The position numbers were made by a program, and so were the translations under genes. Shown here piece by piece: positions 1-9,202 of a DNA stretch of 56,101 bases (position 1 is its first letter; every line of letters begins with the position of its first letter). The notes below the pieces were generated by a model, which was not told the origin of the DNA, searched no databases, and worked only from the letters and a program-made list of their open reading frames with translations. The DNA is from an uncultured Clostridia bacterium (GTDB taxonomy: Bacteria; Bacillota; Clostridia; Christensenellales; UBA1242): NCBI GenBank assembly GCA_937925475.1, contig CALEWH010000003.1, positions 1-56,101 of the forward strand, given 5' to 3'.

Positions 1-600
1 AATTGTTATGTTATTGTAAAAATGAAAAGTGACAAGCTAGACGAGGCAGTGTATGAAATACAAAAGGGAGCATACTACTGCTATGTGACTGCATTGTATT
101 TCATACACTAACAAAGTATAGCAAACTTTGATTTATTATTGCAGTAAAAATGAAAAGAAACAAGTGAGATGAAATAATGTGAAAAAAATAAGACGGGAGC
201 ATACTATTGCTATGTGACCGCCTTATTTTTTGTATTCACAATTGTTATGTTATTGTAAAAATGAAAAGTGACAAGCTAGACGAGGCAGTGTATGAAATAC
301 AAAAAGGAGCATACTTCGCTATGTGACCGCATTGTATTTCATGCACTAACAAAGTATAGCAAACTTTGATTTATTATATTGCAGTAAAAATGAAAAGAAT
401 CAAGTGAGATGAAATAATGTAAAAAAAATAAGACGGGAGCATACTACTGCTATGTGACCGCCTTATTTTTTGTATTCACAATTGTTATGTTATTGTAAAA
501 ATGAAAAGTGACAAGCTAGACGAGGCAGTGTATGAAATACAAAAAGGAGCATACTTCGCTATGTGACCGCATTGTATTTCATGCACTAACAAAGTATAGC
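1..600. repeat. Composite tandem repeat with ~240-bp period, 2.5 copies (1-239, 240-479, 480-600). Each period holds two related modules (A ~135 bp, B ~105 bp). Each module has a conserved box GTAAAAATGAAAAG and a long hairpin. The hairpin apex GGAGCATACTnnTGCTATGTGACyGC is conserved while the stems differ.
   Basis: Direct reading: 241-360 is identical to 481-600. Copy 1 differs from copy 2 by a few substitutions and 1-nt indels. A-module hairpin arms: 49-63/94-108, 288-302/332-346, 528-542/572-586 (15 bp). B-module hairpin arms: 183-196/218-231 and 423-436/458-471 (14 bp, one mismatch, A-run before and T-run after). The array runs off the left window edge. Confidence 0.9.
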
Positions 601-617
601 GCAGTCAATTTTCATTT

Positions 618-1601
618 TTACCTGTACCAGATATTAACACTATCACTATACACCTCCACCCCATCATCATAGGAAACAGAGATGCTGATCATAACATTGG
701 ATTTGGTGAATTTGATGATACCTTGATCAATGAGAGTGTCATCAATGAAGGATATGTCGCCACCATTTAGAGTGTACCAGATGTCACCAGATGACACTGC
801 TGAAATGTCGATTGGAAGGTCTTTAATGAGAGTGATAAGTTTTAGATCATAGTTTTCGTTTGGCGCGATATCAGATGCTGTCAAAGTAATATAATCGTCA
901 TCGCCTTTATCCCACCAAATACCTTTTTGAAGGGCATTTGTTACATTTACTGTAAAGTGGTTTTTGATATCTGGGTTTTGTACAGATTTTACCCAAATTG
1001 TAGTAGTGCCATAGTTTATGCCAGTAACTTTTCCGCTTCTATCGACTGTGGCAATGTTTGGGTTTTCACTCCACCATTCTAGTCCACGCATATTTGCCGG
1101 AACAGTATATGGAACAATAGTGTGTTCGACAGATTTGCTACGATTTTTGTTTATATTTAGCACTCCTGGGACACCAACACCTAGGTCTGTCGAAAGATTG
1201 ATTGCTTGTATTTCGTCTTCTGCCACCTTGATAGTTATCGAAAACTGAACATCTGTTTTGTCTTGCGATGTAATGATAATTGTTGCTTCGCCAAGTTCGA
1301 GCCCAGTAACCATATGGGTCTCTTTGTCAACGCTACACACACTGCCACCACCGCTTATGCTTATGGCTTTGTTTGAGGCGTACTCAGGATAAACCTTTAT
1401 GCGAAGTTTGTCACCTTTGCCTTCGCCCTTACCTATTTTTATTATCGAGTTTTCTTTGTACTCATCACCTTCGCTATCAAGTACTGCAATGCGTTCGACC
1501 GCAATGTATGTGTATTGCGACAAGATGCGACCAGTAAACGATATGAAGTAGATTAGTAGAAATGGAAGAACTAATAAGATTGTTACAACTGCTTTTTTCA
1601 T
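618..1601 (-). CDS. Membrane-anchored protein with bacterial Ig-like (Big_2-type) domains
   Basis: 327-aa ORF. N-terminal hydrophobic anchor MKKAVVTILLVLPFLLIYFI. Big_2-like segments, e.g. NIATVDRSGKVTGINYGTTTIWV. The start lies 4 nt after the stop of the upstream permease gene. Confidence 0.6.
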   Translation of the reverse strand: MKKAVVTILLVLPFLLIYFISFTGRILSQYTYIAVERIAVLDSEGDEYKENSIIKIGKGEGKGDKLRIKVYPEYASNKAISISGGGSVCSVDKETHMVTGLELGEATIIITSQDKTDVQFSITIKVAEDEIQAINLSTDLGVGVPGVLNINKNRSKSVEHTIVPYTVPANMRGLEWWSENPNIATVDRSGKVTGINYGTTTIWVKSVQNPDIKNHFTVNVTNALQKGIWWDKGDDDYITLTASDIAPNENYDLKLITLIKDLPIDISAVSSGDIWYTLNGGDISFIDDTLIDQGIIKFTKSNVMISISVSYDDGVEVYSDSVNIWYR

Positions 1602-1605
1602 ACGC

Positions 1606-3201
1606 CTATATCTCCATCCTTGTGTAATAGTAGTTTAGGCGGATACTTAGCAAGTGTATGCGTCCAACAAGGTAGACCACGCTCACCGCAAGTGCGATAA
1701 ATATTCCTTTTATTCCAAACAAAGTGACTATCAAGCAAAGCAAAACTGGCAAAGCCAAAGCATATATCATACTTTTAGTGGTGTTTTTGCCTATGGTAGA
1801 AATCTCCGAGTTGTCGTACCAGTCCAATACAGGATGTTGGAGATCAAGGTCAAAACTATGACAAATATGACCTAGCGCCAAAATAGTCACAGTCAAACTA
1901 CTAAGTAGTGTAACCCAGACATTAAGGTTTGTAAATATTAGCGCAATAATTGTTGTGACCAAAATTGCACCAACAGTAAATATCGCATTAAAAGTAAGTT
2001 TTGCCATTGCTTGAACTTTGTAATTTATAGGAGTGGTTTTTGCAATATAGAAAGTGCCACCTTCCTTAGAAATCGCAATCGATGATATGGTGTTGCTCAT
2101 AAGTGCGATGATGCCAAGTATCAGCATATGCGAACCGAAAATCATATTTTGTCCCGCTTGATTAACTGCGATATTGATTAGCAGTTTGTCGTATGTAAAC
2201 ACGATAAGTGGCATAAATAGTGGAAACAAAAAGAATTGGAAAATGTAGCCTGGGCTACGGAAAACCATTCGGATTTCGTTTACAAGGAGTTCTGCAAAAA
2301 CGCTACGATATTTGAATGGTCGGTGTTTGCTTCTAATAACTGATGTGGTTTCCATATTGATGGTCGAGACCTTATAATAGAAAGGCTTAATAAGCGCAAA
2401 ACAAAGCACGACCAAAAGTAAACTTCCCATCAAAAATGCAAGTGGGAAATAGAAATATTTAAACGACAACATTGAAAGTGCAATTTGATAATATATCCAG
2501 ATTTTAGGGCCGGTCGAAACAAGCCAGTTGTTGATTTTAAGACCAGTCGAAACTTGTTTTTCGGCGATATTGATGACGCTTGAAAGTTTTGTAACAAAAC
2601 TCATATATGCAACAAACACAGTCGCCACAATTACTAAGATTGTGATTATTGAAAGCACAGTGTGTCTTTTGAAAAATTTTAAAACAAACATTATAGGAAT
2701 ACTAATTATGCTTGCAAGTGCAATAGGCAAAAGTGGAAGTAGCGGAATAATAAATATTAATGATGCAAAATACACTCCGCTAAGTTTGCCAAGCCAGCCC
2801 AAGCACAAAAATACGGGCAACATATAAAGTGTATTAAAGATGAGTTCGGACACATACAAAACCATAATTTTTGACACAAAAAGTTGGTTGAATGTGACAG
2901 GCAAAACCATTAATAGTTCGTTGTCTTTGCTAAGATACAAGGTGCTAATCGTGTTTGCAATCGCAAACGCAAACGATATGCCCTGTGTCACCAGCAACAC
3001 TATGCTTATAGCATTTTGGTCGACCTTTATAAACAACAAATTGAATATCTTTTTCATTATCAAATACAACACGAGCGTGATTGCAAGAATTAGACAAATC
3101 GACTTGAAAAGCGAGATAAAAAACGCCTTTTTATCACGCGATTTAAACAAATTGTATTTGTTGTCTAATTGAAATTTAAACAGTTTTAATATTTGTGACA
3201 T
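1606..3201 (-). CDS. Polytopic membrane protein, putative permease partner of the adjacent ABC ATPase
   Basis: 531-aa ORF that is hydrophobic throughout (>=10 predicted TM segments by eye). The start lies 3 nt downstream of the ABC ATPase stop, so an operon is likely. Confidence 0.5.
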   Translation of the reverse strand: MSQILKLFKFQLDNKYNLFKSRDKKAFFISLFKSICLILAITLVLYLIMKKIFNLLFIKVDQNAISIVLLVTQGISFAFAIANTISTLYLSKDNELLMVLPVTFNQLFVSKIMVLYVSELIFNTLYMLPVFLCLGWLGKLSGVYFASLIFIIPLLPLLPIALASIISIPIMFVLKFFKRHTVLSIITILVIVATVFVAYMSFVTKLSSVINIAEKQVSTGLKINNWLVSTGPKIWIYYQIALSMLSFKYFYFPLAFLMGSLLLVVLCFALIKPFYYKVSTINMETTSVIRSKHRPFKYRSVFAELLVNEIRMVFRSPGYIFQFFLFPLFMPLIVFTYDKLLINIAVNQAGQNMIFGSHMLILGIIALMSNTISSIAISKEGGTFYIAKTTPINYKVQAMAKLTFNAIFTVGAILVTTIIALIFTNLNVWVTLLSSLTVTILALGHICHSFDLDLQHPVLDWYDNSEISTIGKNTTKSMIYALALPVLLCLIVTLFGIKGIFIALAVSVVYLVGRIHLLSIRLNYYYTRMEI

Positions 3202-3204
3202 TTT

Positions 3205-3990
3205 CTACTCTTTTATTTTTCTTTTAGTTTTGATTTTTGGTTGGTTTAGTTGTTTGTTGACATCTTTTACTGGATTGTCAGAAATAGTGTTCATAAACAA
3301 CTCTTCAAGTGATTCGCCCTTGGCTTTTAGTTCGTGCAAATCGTATATTCCTTGAAGTTGACCTTTCTTTATGATGCACACCCTGTCACATAGGTTTTCT
3401 ACTACATCTAATATGTGCGAACTGAAAAATACTGTGTTTCCGTCATTTGCGTGTTTGCGCATAACCGCTTTAAGTTGGTATGCACTTTGTGGGTCTAGTC
3501 CAGTAAGTGGCTCGTCTAGCACCCATAGTTTTGGTTGGTGCACTAGCGCCGCAATAACCGATATCTTTTGTTTCATTCCGTGGCTATAACTCTTGATTGG
3601 ATTGTCAAACGCGTTTTGCAAATTGAATAGTTTTACATAGTAGTCGCTTATCTCTTCCCTTTGCTTGACCGAAACATTGTATAGATTTGCAATATGATTG
3701 ACATACTCGCGTCCTGTAAGGCGCTCAAAAACTGCGTGGTTGTCCGGCACATATCCTATCATTTGTTTGGCTTTTAGTGGATTTTTTACAAGGTTGACTC
3801 CGCATATGTCCACTTCGCCTTCTTCAAATGGCAATATGCCAACTATGGATTTGATTGTTGTACTTTTTCCCGCTCCGTTTGGGCCAAGAAAACCAAACAC
3901 TTCGCCCGGTTTTAATTCGAGCGACAAATTGTCGACAGATTTGACTGTGCTGTTTCCATATCTTTTGGATAAGTTTTTAATTGTTAACAT
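3205..3990 (-). CDS. ABC transporter ATP-binding protein (ABC-2/DrrA-like)
   Basis: Walker A GPNGAGKST, signature-like YSHGMKQK, Walker B LWVLDEPLTGLD, H-loop SSHIL. GAGG Shine-Dalgarno (SD) sequence upstream of the ATG. Confidence 0.9.
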   Translation of the reverse strand: MLTIKNLSKRYGNSTVKSVDNLSLELKPGEVFGFLGPNGAGKSTTIKSIVGILPFEEGEVDICGVNLVKNPLKAKQMIGYVPDNHAVFERLTGREYVNHIANLYNVSVKQREEISDYYVKLFNLQNAFDNPIKSYSHGMKQKISVIAALVHQPKLWVLDEPLTGLDPQSAYQLKAVMRKHANDGNTVFFSSHILDVVENLCDRVCIIKKGQLQGIYDLHELKAKGESLEELFMNTISDNPVKDVNKQLNQPKIKTKRKIKE

Positions 3991-4001
3991 ATATACCTCG
4001 T

Positions 4002-5447
4002 TTAATCTTCATATTTTTGTTTTGGCACGCGTTTACGATAGCGACCTTTTTCGATGTTTGAAGCAATTTTGATGTTGCGAACATTGAAGTGGTCATCTCC
4101 CACTCTACAAAGTTGGAGATAAAACCAATAGAACACCATACAGAATACGCTATAAAGTATGTATATCATAAGCATATATAGCGGATAGAATGTGTACCCA
4201 CCCCAAGTGACCGGATACTTGCTTGTAAACGCCAAGAACGGCAATGCTTTAAGTACTGTTGTGTCGAAAATGTAGAAATAGTTTACTTTATTGAAAAATA
4301 TACTTGTAGGGTCGTACCAAACACAGTTGGCAAGTAGTCCCGAGATTACGCAGAACATAAAATACATTGTAAAGCCAATAAAGAAATGTTTGAAACCGCT
4401 CTTTTTAGGTCTATCCACCACCCTAAGTGCAACCATTAGAAGTGGAATAACAAAAACCCAAGTGTGTTCGATGTAAAAGTGGATATTCCAGTAAGAAAGC
4501 ATACCTTCTTTTACGTCCGGAACGCAAAATGCTATCATCGAACCAGGAACATTTGCCAGCAATACAAAGTCAAAAAAAGCTGGTTTTTTAATAAGAATAG
4601 CGATAAGTACAAGGTACGAACCAAGATTGCAAAGTTGGAAAGGAAGGCGGGACATCACGAAGTCCATAAGGTAAATTTGGTTGTAGTGCAAAAACAAGAA
4701 CAACGCCAAAAATGTACAAAGGCTAACACGACTCTCACGATCTTTAAAGCGATATATAAAATACAAGACCACGAAAATAAGTAATATTGTAAGAAGCCAT
4801 AACACGTGTGGAAGTGAAAAGACTTTCATATATCTTTTTGAAAAACCAAAAAGCGATTGTGGAAGTGTAACCGGAACTGTCACAAGCAAAGCAAACGGCA
4901 ACACTCCAAAAAAGTACGCCCATTCAGTTTTGTTTTTTACATCAAATTTGTGTCCAGCGCAAAACCTAAGAAGTATAGGGAATGCAATAAGGATAATAAG
5001 TTCGAGCGAAAACTCAATGTGTCTTACAATTTCAGGTGCCCAAATAGCGCGTCCCGAGTTTGTGGTGAAATAGTACAAAAACCTATCATAATAAGCAAGA
5101 CAAACTAGCGCAACTGGAAGACAAAAATATATCGCCCAGTTTTTAAAAATGCGTTTTTTGTAGAAGGCAGCGCAAGGATATACAATAAAGGCAAATGTCA
5201 TACCCCATCTAAGCAAACTTTGCAAAACATCTTTATCTTTATAATAACTCTCGCCATATGTTCCGCCATTAATAACCCATATAAAGCGGTCGTTTAGAAA
5301 ACTGCGCAAAAATGCAAGCACAAAAAGAGATATTGAAAGTATCTTCAATATCAAGGCGACTTTTTTCTCACCAAGTTTGTTTTTGCATATTATTAGCGGA
5401 ACTACTGTGGCGACAACTACACCGAGGATTATAAATATGTTTAGCAT
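4002..5447 (-). CDS. Polytopic integral membrane protein of unknown function (C-terminal half possibly YwaF/TMEM164-like)
   Basis: 481-aa hydrophobic ORF. The motif LPFQLCNLGSY resembles the LPLHLC motif of the YwaF family. The functional assignment is tentative. Confidence 0.45.
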   Translation of the reverse strand: MLNIFIILGVVVATVVPLIICKNKLGEKKVALILKILSISLFVLAFLRSFLNDRFIWVINGGTYGESYYKDKDVLQSLLRWGMTFAFIVYPCAAFYKKRIFKNWAIYFCLPVALVCLAYYDRFLYYFTTNSGRAIWAPEIVRHIEFSLELIILIAFPILLRFCAGHKFDVKNKTEWAYFFGVLPFALLVTVPVTLPQSLFGFSKRYMKVFSLPHVLWLLTILLIFVVLYFIYRFKDRESRVSLCTFLALFLFLHYNQIYLMDFVMSRLPFQLCNLGSYLVLIAILIKKPAFFDFVLLANVPGSMIAFCVPDVKEGMLSYWNIHFYIEHTWVFVIPLLMVALRVVDRPKKSGFKHFFIGFTMYFMFCVISGLLANCVWYDPTSIFFNKVNYFYIFDTTVLKALPFLAFTSKYPVTWGGYTFYPLYMLMIYILYSVFCMVFYWFYLQLCRVGDDHFNVRNIKIASNIEKGRYRKRVPKQKYED

Positions 5448-5592
5448 AAGACACTCTTTTGATTGTTACTTTCTGTCATTATATCATCATAACAATAAAA
5501 AAGCCACTTTTTGACACAAAGTTGTATATTTATTGGCTAGATTTTCGGACTTTTGGTTGGTTTTATAAAAAAGAACAAAACACAAGCGTGTT

Positions 5593-6129
5593 TTATTCTT
5601 TTACTTCCTTTCTCATCGAAAACTCACAGCCACAATAGTTTTGGCGATAAAGGCCATATTTTTTGGAGTTTTGGATACTTTTTAGATAACCATCTTTCTT
5701 TTTGAAATTAAACGGCAAAAACTTTGTATTTTCATCCGAATACATATTCCCTATTTTTACAATGTTGTCATAATTTTTATATGGACTAACACTAAGAGTG
5801 GTTGTGTAGGCGTCAAAGCCGTGCGATTTGGCATACTCATATGTGTGGCTAAGTCTTAACTTAAAACACTCGATACATCTACTCCCGCCTTCTTTCTCGT
5901 TTTCAAGTCCCTTAACGACAGCATAAAAGTCGTCTGAGTGATGTTGTTCGACAACATATTTTATTCCAAGTTGGTCAAGAAAACGCATTTGTTCTTTGGC
6001 GCGCAAGTCGTACTCTTGGGCAGGATAAATGTTTGGATTGTAAAAATACACCGTAACATCATAATCTTTTAAAGTGTCAAGCACCCCACTACTGCAAGGC
6101 GCACAACAACTATGCAACAACAATTTCAT
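5593..6129 (-). CDS. queH: Epoxyqueuosine reductase QueH (DUF208)
   Basis: MKLLLHSCCAPCSS N-terminus and C-terminal YRQNYCGCEFS Cys motifs typical of QueH. I moved the start to the ATG at 6129 (SD GGTGAG), which removes the overlap with the upstream gene. Confidence 0.85.
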   Translation of the reverse strand: MKLLLHSCCAPCSSGVLDTLKDYDVTVYFYNPNIYPAQEYDLRAKEQMRFLDQLGIKYVVEQHHSDDFYAVVKGLENEKEGGSRCIECFKLRLSHTYEYAKSHGFDAYTTTLSVSPYKNYDNIVKIGNMYSDENTKFLPFNFKKKDGYLKSIQNSKKYGLYRQNYCGCEFSMRKEVKE

Positions 6130-6139
6130 ACTCTCACCC

Positions 6140-7111
6140 CTATATAAGCAGTAGCAGATATCCCACAATAATTGACGAAACAAGTATTACTGACACTATC
6201 TTTAAGGCGTTTTTTCGAGCATTTCCCCTAAACAAAACCGCATATGCTATGCCCGCATTGACACATAGCCCTGTAAACAACGCTCCAAACATAAGCCCGC
6301 TAGACAAGTAAAGTTGGGTCAAAATAACCGACGATGCACAATTTGGGATAAGTCCCACAAGTGCGGTCACAATAGGTTGGAACCATTTTCCAGTCGACAA
6401 AAACTCGGCTATATTTTGCTCACCGACAAAGTAGATTATTAGTCCCATTACAATATTGACTAAAAGTATAAAAGCAAATATTTTTAGCGAGTGCATAAGT
6501 GGGTGCAAAAAGTATTTTTTCCATACTTTTTCATCACTCTCTTCAAGAGTGTGTCCACAACACCCTTTATGATGTTGGTCTTCATCAAGATACACATCGG
6601 CGACCAAATAATGCTCTTCCTTGTCCGCATTTGCCTTTTGCGTGTCTATTGGCAAGTATATTTCACCAGTCACTACTGCTTGCTTTACTTGTTTTTTGCT
6701 GACAATAGGATTTTTTCTTATTCTCAAAATATACAAATCGACAAGATAACCCAAAACCACTGCAAAGACAAATTTTAACACAAGTAGTGGCAACAACATC
6801 TTTATTCCATAACTACTGCCAAGCATAATAGGAATGGCTTCGTCCGATGTGGCGACATAAACCGCAATTAATGTGCCGGCAGTAATGCGACTTTTGTTGT
6901 AAAGATCAGTGGCGACTACTGAGAACCCGCATTGTGGAATAAGACCAATCCCACCACCTACAAGTGGCGCAAAACGATTTTTTAGTAGTTTTTCATTATT
7001 AAACTTTTTCGACGAGTATTGTTCGACCCATTCGATAAGTAAGTACACCGCAAATAATACGGGCAAAACTTTTAATGAGTCGATGAGTGCGTCAAGCAAA
7101 ACTTCACCCAT
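6140..7111 (-). CDS. Putative metal-ion permease (ArsP_2-like 10-TM family)
   Basis: MGEVLLDALIDSLKVLPVLFAVYLLIEWVEQ N-terminus plus a central His/Cys-rich loop HHKGCCGHTLEESDEK between two hydrophobic halves. The ATG at 7111 is preceded by AGGAGG. Confidence 0.55.
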   Translation of the reverse strand: MGEVLLDALIDSLKVLPVLFAVYLLIEWVEQYSSKKFNNEKLLKNRFAPLVGGGIGLIPQCGFSVVATDLYNKSRITAGTLIAVYVATSDEAIPIMLGSSYGIKMLLPLLVLKFVFAVVLGYLVDLYILRIRKNPIVSKKQVKQAVVTGEIYLPIDTQKANADKEEHYLVADVYLDEDQHHKGCCGHTLEESDEKVWKKYFLHPLMHSLKIFAFILLVNIVMGLIIYFVGEQNIAEFLSTGKWFQPIVTALVGLIPNCASSVILTQLYLSSGLMFGALFTGLCVNAGIAYAVLFRGNARKNALKIVSVILVSSIIVGYLLLLI

Positions 7112-7256
7112 ATTATTTCCTCCTAAAACTCTCATATATTATACTATTTTATTTCAAAATGTAAATACATTTTGCTTTTTTAGCCCAATAATTTCCATTG
7201 TGCACAAGGTATAATTTGTGCCAAATTTCAAAAGATAAAACAAAAAGGAGGGGACT

Positions 7257-7688
7257 ATGACAGAAAGCGGTAAAAAGATTTTGCAATACATAGCCTACTA
7301 TGGAATGATACTTACTATGCTTGCTTATATTGTTTTCTTTATTTTTGGTTTGCAATCAGATAGAGTGTCAAATTGGGCAAGAATATGTTATATCATTATT
7401 TGCGGATTGCTTGTAGGTCTTGTTGTGTTTGACCTTATCTGCAACTATATGGGAAATTATAAGTTTATCTCAGGTCTTATACTTGTAGCCATAACTATTT
7501 TCACCATCGCTATGTCTTTTGCAGTATATGGCGCTGTCGCAGTAAGAGGCGCAATTCCTGCTGGACTTCTAGATATTTTCTATCTACAAATTGCAATGAG
7601 TTATGGCATTAATATCCTTACTATTGTGATTTATTGTGTCGGCGGTATGATGCGAAATCGCAAACTTACAAATAAAATAGGTAAATAG
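7257..7688 (+). CDS. Small multi-pass membrane protein, function unknown
   Basis: 143-aa ORF with four hydrophobic segments and a strong SD (AAAGGAGGGG) 6 nt upstream. Confidence 0.6.
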   Translation: MTESGKKILQYIAYYGMILTMLAYIVFFIFGLQSDRVSNWARICYIIICGLLVGLVVFDLICNYMGNYKFISGLILVAITIFTIAMSFAVYGAVAVRGAIPAGLLDIFYLQIAMSYGINILTIVIYCVGGMMRNRKLTNKIGK

Positions 7689-7785
7689 TTTTTAACAATA
7701 AATATATACTTATTGACAAATTGTCAAAATGTATTTGCAAAAACTTAATAAATGTAAAATAAAAGAATAGGCACAACCTATTCTT

Positions 7786-8745
7786 TTATTTATTATCATT
7801 TTCATTATTTTTATCATTTTTGTCTTTATTGTTTTCAATATTTGATGCATCTAATTTATCAATACTTGCATCAACATTATTTACATTTTCTTGGTCTTTA
7901 AAGTCCCTTGGAAGTTTTATCTTCTTTTCGCTTTTGATTATGTCCACATTGTTTTCACTCTCTACTGGACTTTCGATAGCCAAGTCAGTGTTTTGGATAT
8001 TACTATCTTCTTGTATGATTCGTATCTTTTCGATGCTTGTATCAGTCTTTGTGTTTGGCACACCGCTAAACACTTCTTTGCAGTATTTATTGGTCATTTT
8101 ATCGCCGACCTTGCACAAGCACACAATGATATATGTAGGCACCATGATACAAAATGTAGCATAAAAATCTGCAATATAGTGTTGTTTTAAAAATACAGTC
8201 GCAAGCACTGTCATAACAGCACTAAACATAACTGCTATTTTTGCCCACCATTTCATATCTTTTTGATTGTATACGCACAAAAACGAACCTATCGCCATCA
8301 TACAATGACCTGATGGAAAACAACAGTTTGGATTGCCAGTTTGCCAAGTATTAACCATCATTCTATCTGATAGCGACTTAATTGGATATGTATCAATAGG
8401 TTTTATCATCTCAGTAGGATAAAAATAGTAAAACAATCCACTAATAAATGTCGTTATCCACACAGTGACAATTACATTGAATGTGCGCTTTTTGTTTACG
8501 CTTGCACAGTAAAAATAACTCACAATTCCGACCGGAAAAGTCAAATAGTAAAACCATATAAACCAACTCACTATCGGAATATACTTATCTAATGCTGTCC
8601 AAGGATGATTGACTCCTGGTGTATAGATAAGTTGGTTTCCACCCCACGCAAGCATTTGCAAAACTAAAAATACACAAAATGGCAAAATGGCAAAAGATAT
8701 TGACTTAAACCACTTTTTAAATTTGTTTTCTTTTGTTTTGTTCAT
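7786..8745 (-). CDS. PAP2-superfamily membrane phosphatase/transferase with an Asn/Asp/Lys-rich C-terminal tail
   Basis: PAP2-type motifs PSGHCMMA and KQHYIADF in a polytopic protein. Low-complexity tail ...NIENNKDKNDKNNENDNK. Paralogue of 22509-23213. Confidence 0.6.
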   Translation of the reverse strand: MNKTKENKFKKWFKSISFAILPFCVFLVLQMLAWGGNQLIYTPGVNHPWTALDKYIPIVSWFIWFYYLTFPVGIVSYFYCASVNKKRTFNVIVTVWITTFISGLFYYFYPTEMIKPIDTYPIKSLSDRMMVNTWQTGNPNCCFPSGHCMMAIGSFLCVYNQKDMKWWAKIAVMFSAVMTVLATVFLKQHYIADFYATFCIMVPTYIIVCLCKVGDKMTNKYCKEVFSGVPNTKTDTSIEKIRIIQEDSNIQNTDLAIESPVESENNVDIIKSEKKIKLPRDFKDQENVNNVDASIDKLDASNIENNKDKNDKNNENDNK

Positions 8746-8752
8746 AACTTAC

Positions 8753-9175
8753 CTATAATGTTTTTAATACTTCGCTTACTGTTTTCATCTCGCACTTGCC
8801 ATTGTAATTGGTCTTAAAGTGACGCATTACACTAGGAACTGTTTTGTCGTCAAGTGTCATTATTATTTTCTTTATTTCTTCGGCACTTAACATACTTGGA
8901 AGATATTTTTCAATCGCTTGTTTTTGAAGACCTATGTTGTTGTACTCTTCCATATTGCCTACTTTTTTGTAGTTTTCAGCTTCTTCGTCAAGTTCTTTTA
9001 TAGTCTTTTGTATGATTTTTATCATATCAACATCTGTTACTTCGGTGTTGTTGGCTCTTGCGTTTACTGTTGCTTGCATATGTTTGTTGATAAGCACACT
9101 GTAAATCGAACGCAAGTTTTGATTTCTACTTTTCAATGCTTCTATATTTGCTTTTTTGATTTCATCAATAATCAT
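8753..9175 (-). CDS. yqeY: GatB/YqeY domain protein
   Basis: 140 aa. The N-terminus IDEIKKANIEALKSRNQNLRSIYSVLINK and overall length match the YqeY family. Confidence 0.8.
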   Translation of the reverse strand: MIIDEIKKANIEALKSRNQNLRSIYSVLINKHMQATVNARANNTEVTDVDMIKIIQKTIKELDEEAENYKKVGNMEEYNNIGLQKQAIEKYLPSMLSAEEIKKIIMTLDDKTVPSVMRHFKTNYNGKCEMKTVSEVLKTL

Positions 9176-9202
9176 TTTATATTCCTTCTTTAAACAAAAT
9201 TT

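Noticed and set aside
22-111. 29-codon ORF (MKSDKLDEAVYEIQKGAYYCYVTALYFIH) inside repeat module A
   Set aside because: There is no SD. The equivalent ORF in copies 2 and 3 is frame-shifted by a 1-nt deletion and stops after 21 codons. The B module has early stops. The hairpin structure is conserved, but the reading frame is not.
1-600. Possible CRISPR array
   Set aside because: The period is ~120/240 bp. The conserved blocks (14 nt and ~26 nt) are unevenly spaced. The variable segments are self-complementary hairpin arms rather than unique spacers. Copies 2 and 3 are identical across 120 bp. No cas genes are in view.
7713-7727. Perfect 15-bp palindrome TTGACAAATTGTCAA as an operator
   Set aside because: It lies in a convergent intergene downstream of both flanking genes, so there is no promoter to regulate. 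I noted it only as a relaxed relative of the AAATTGTCG motif.
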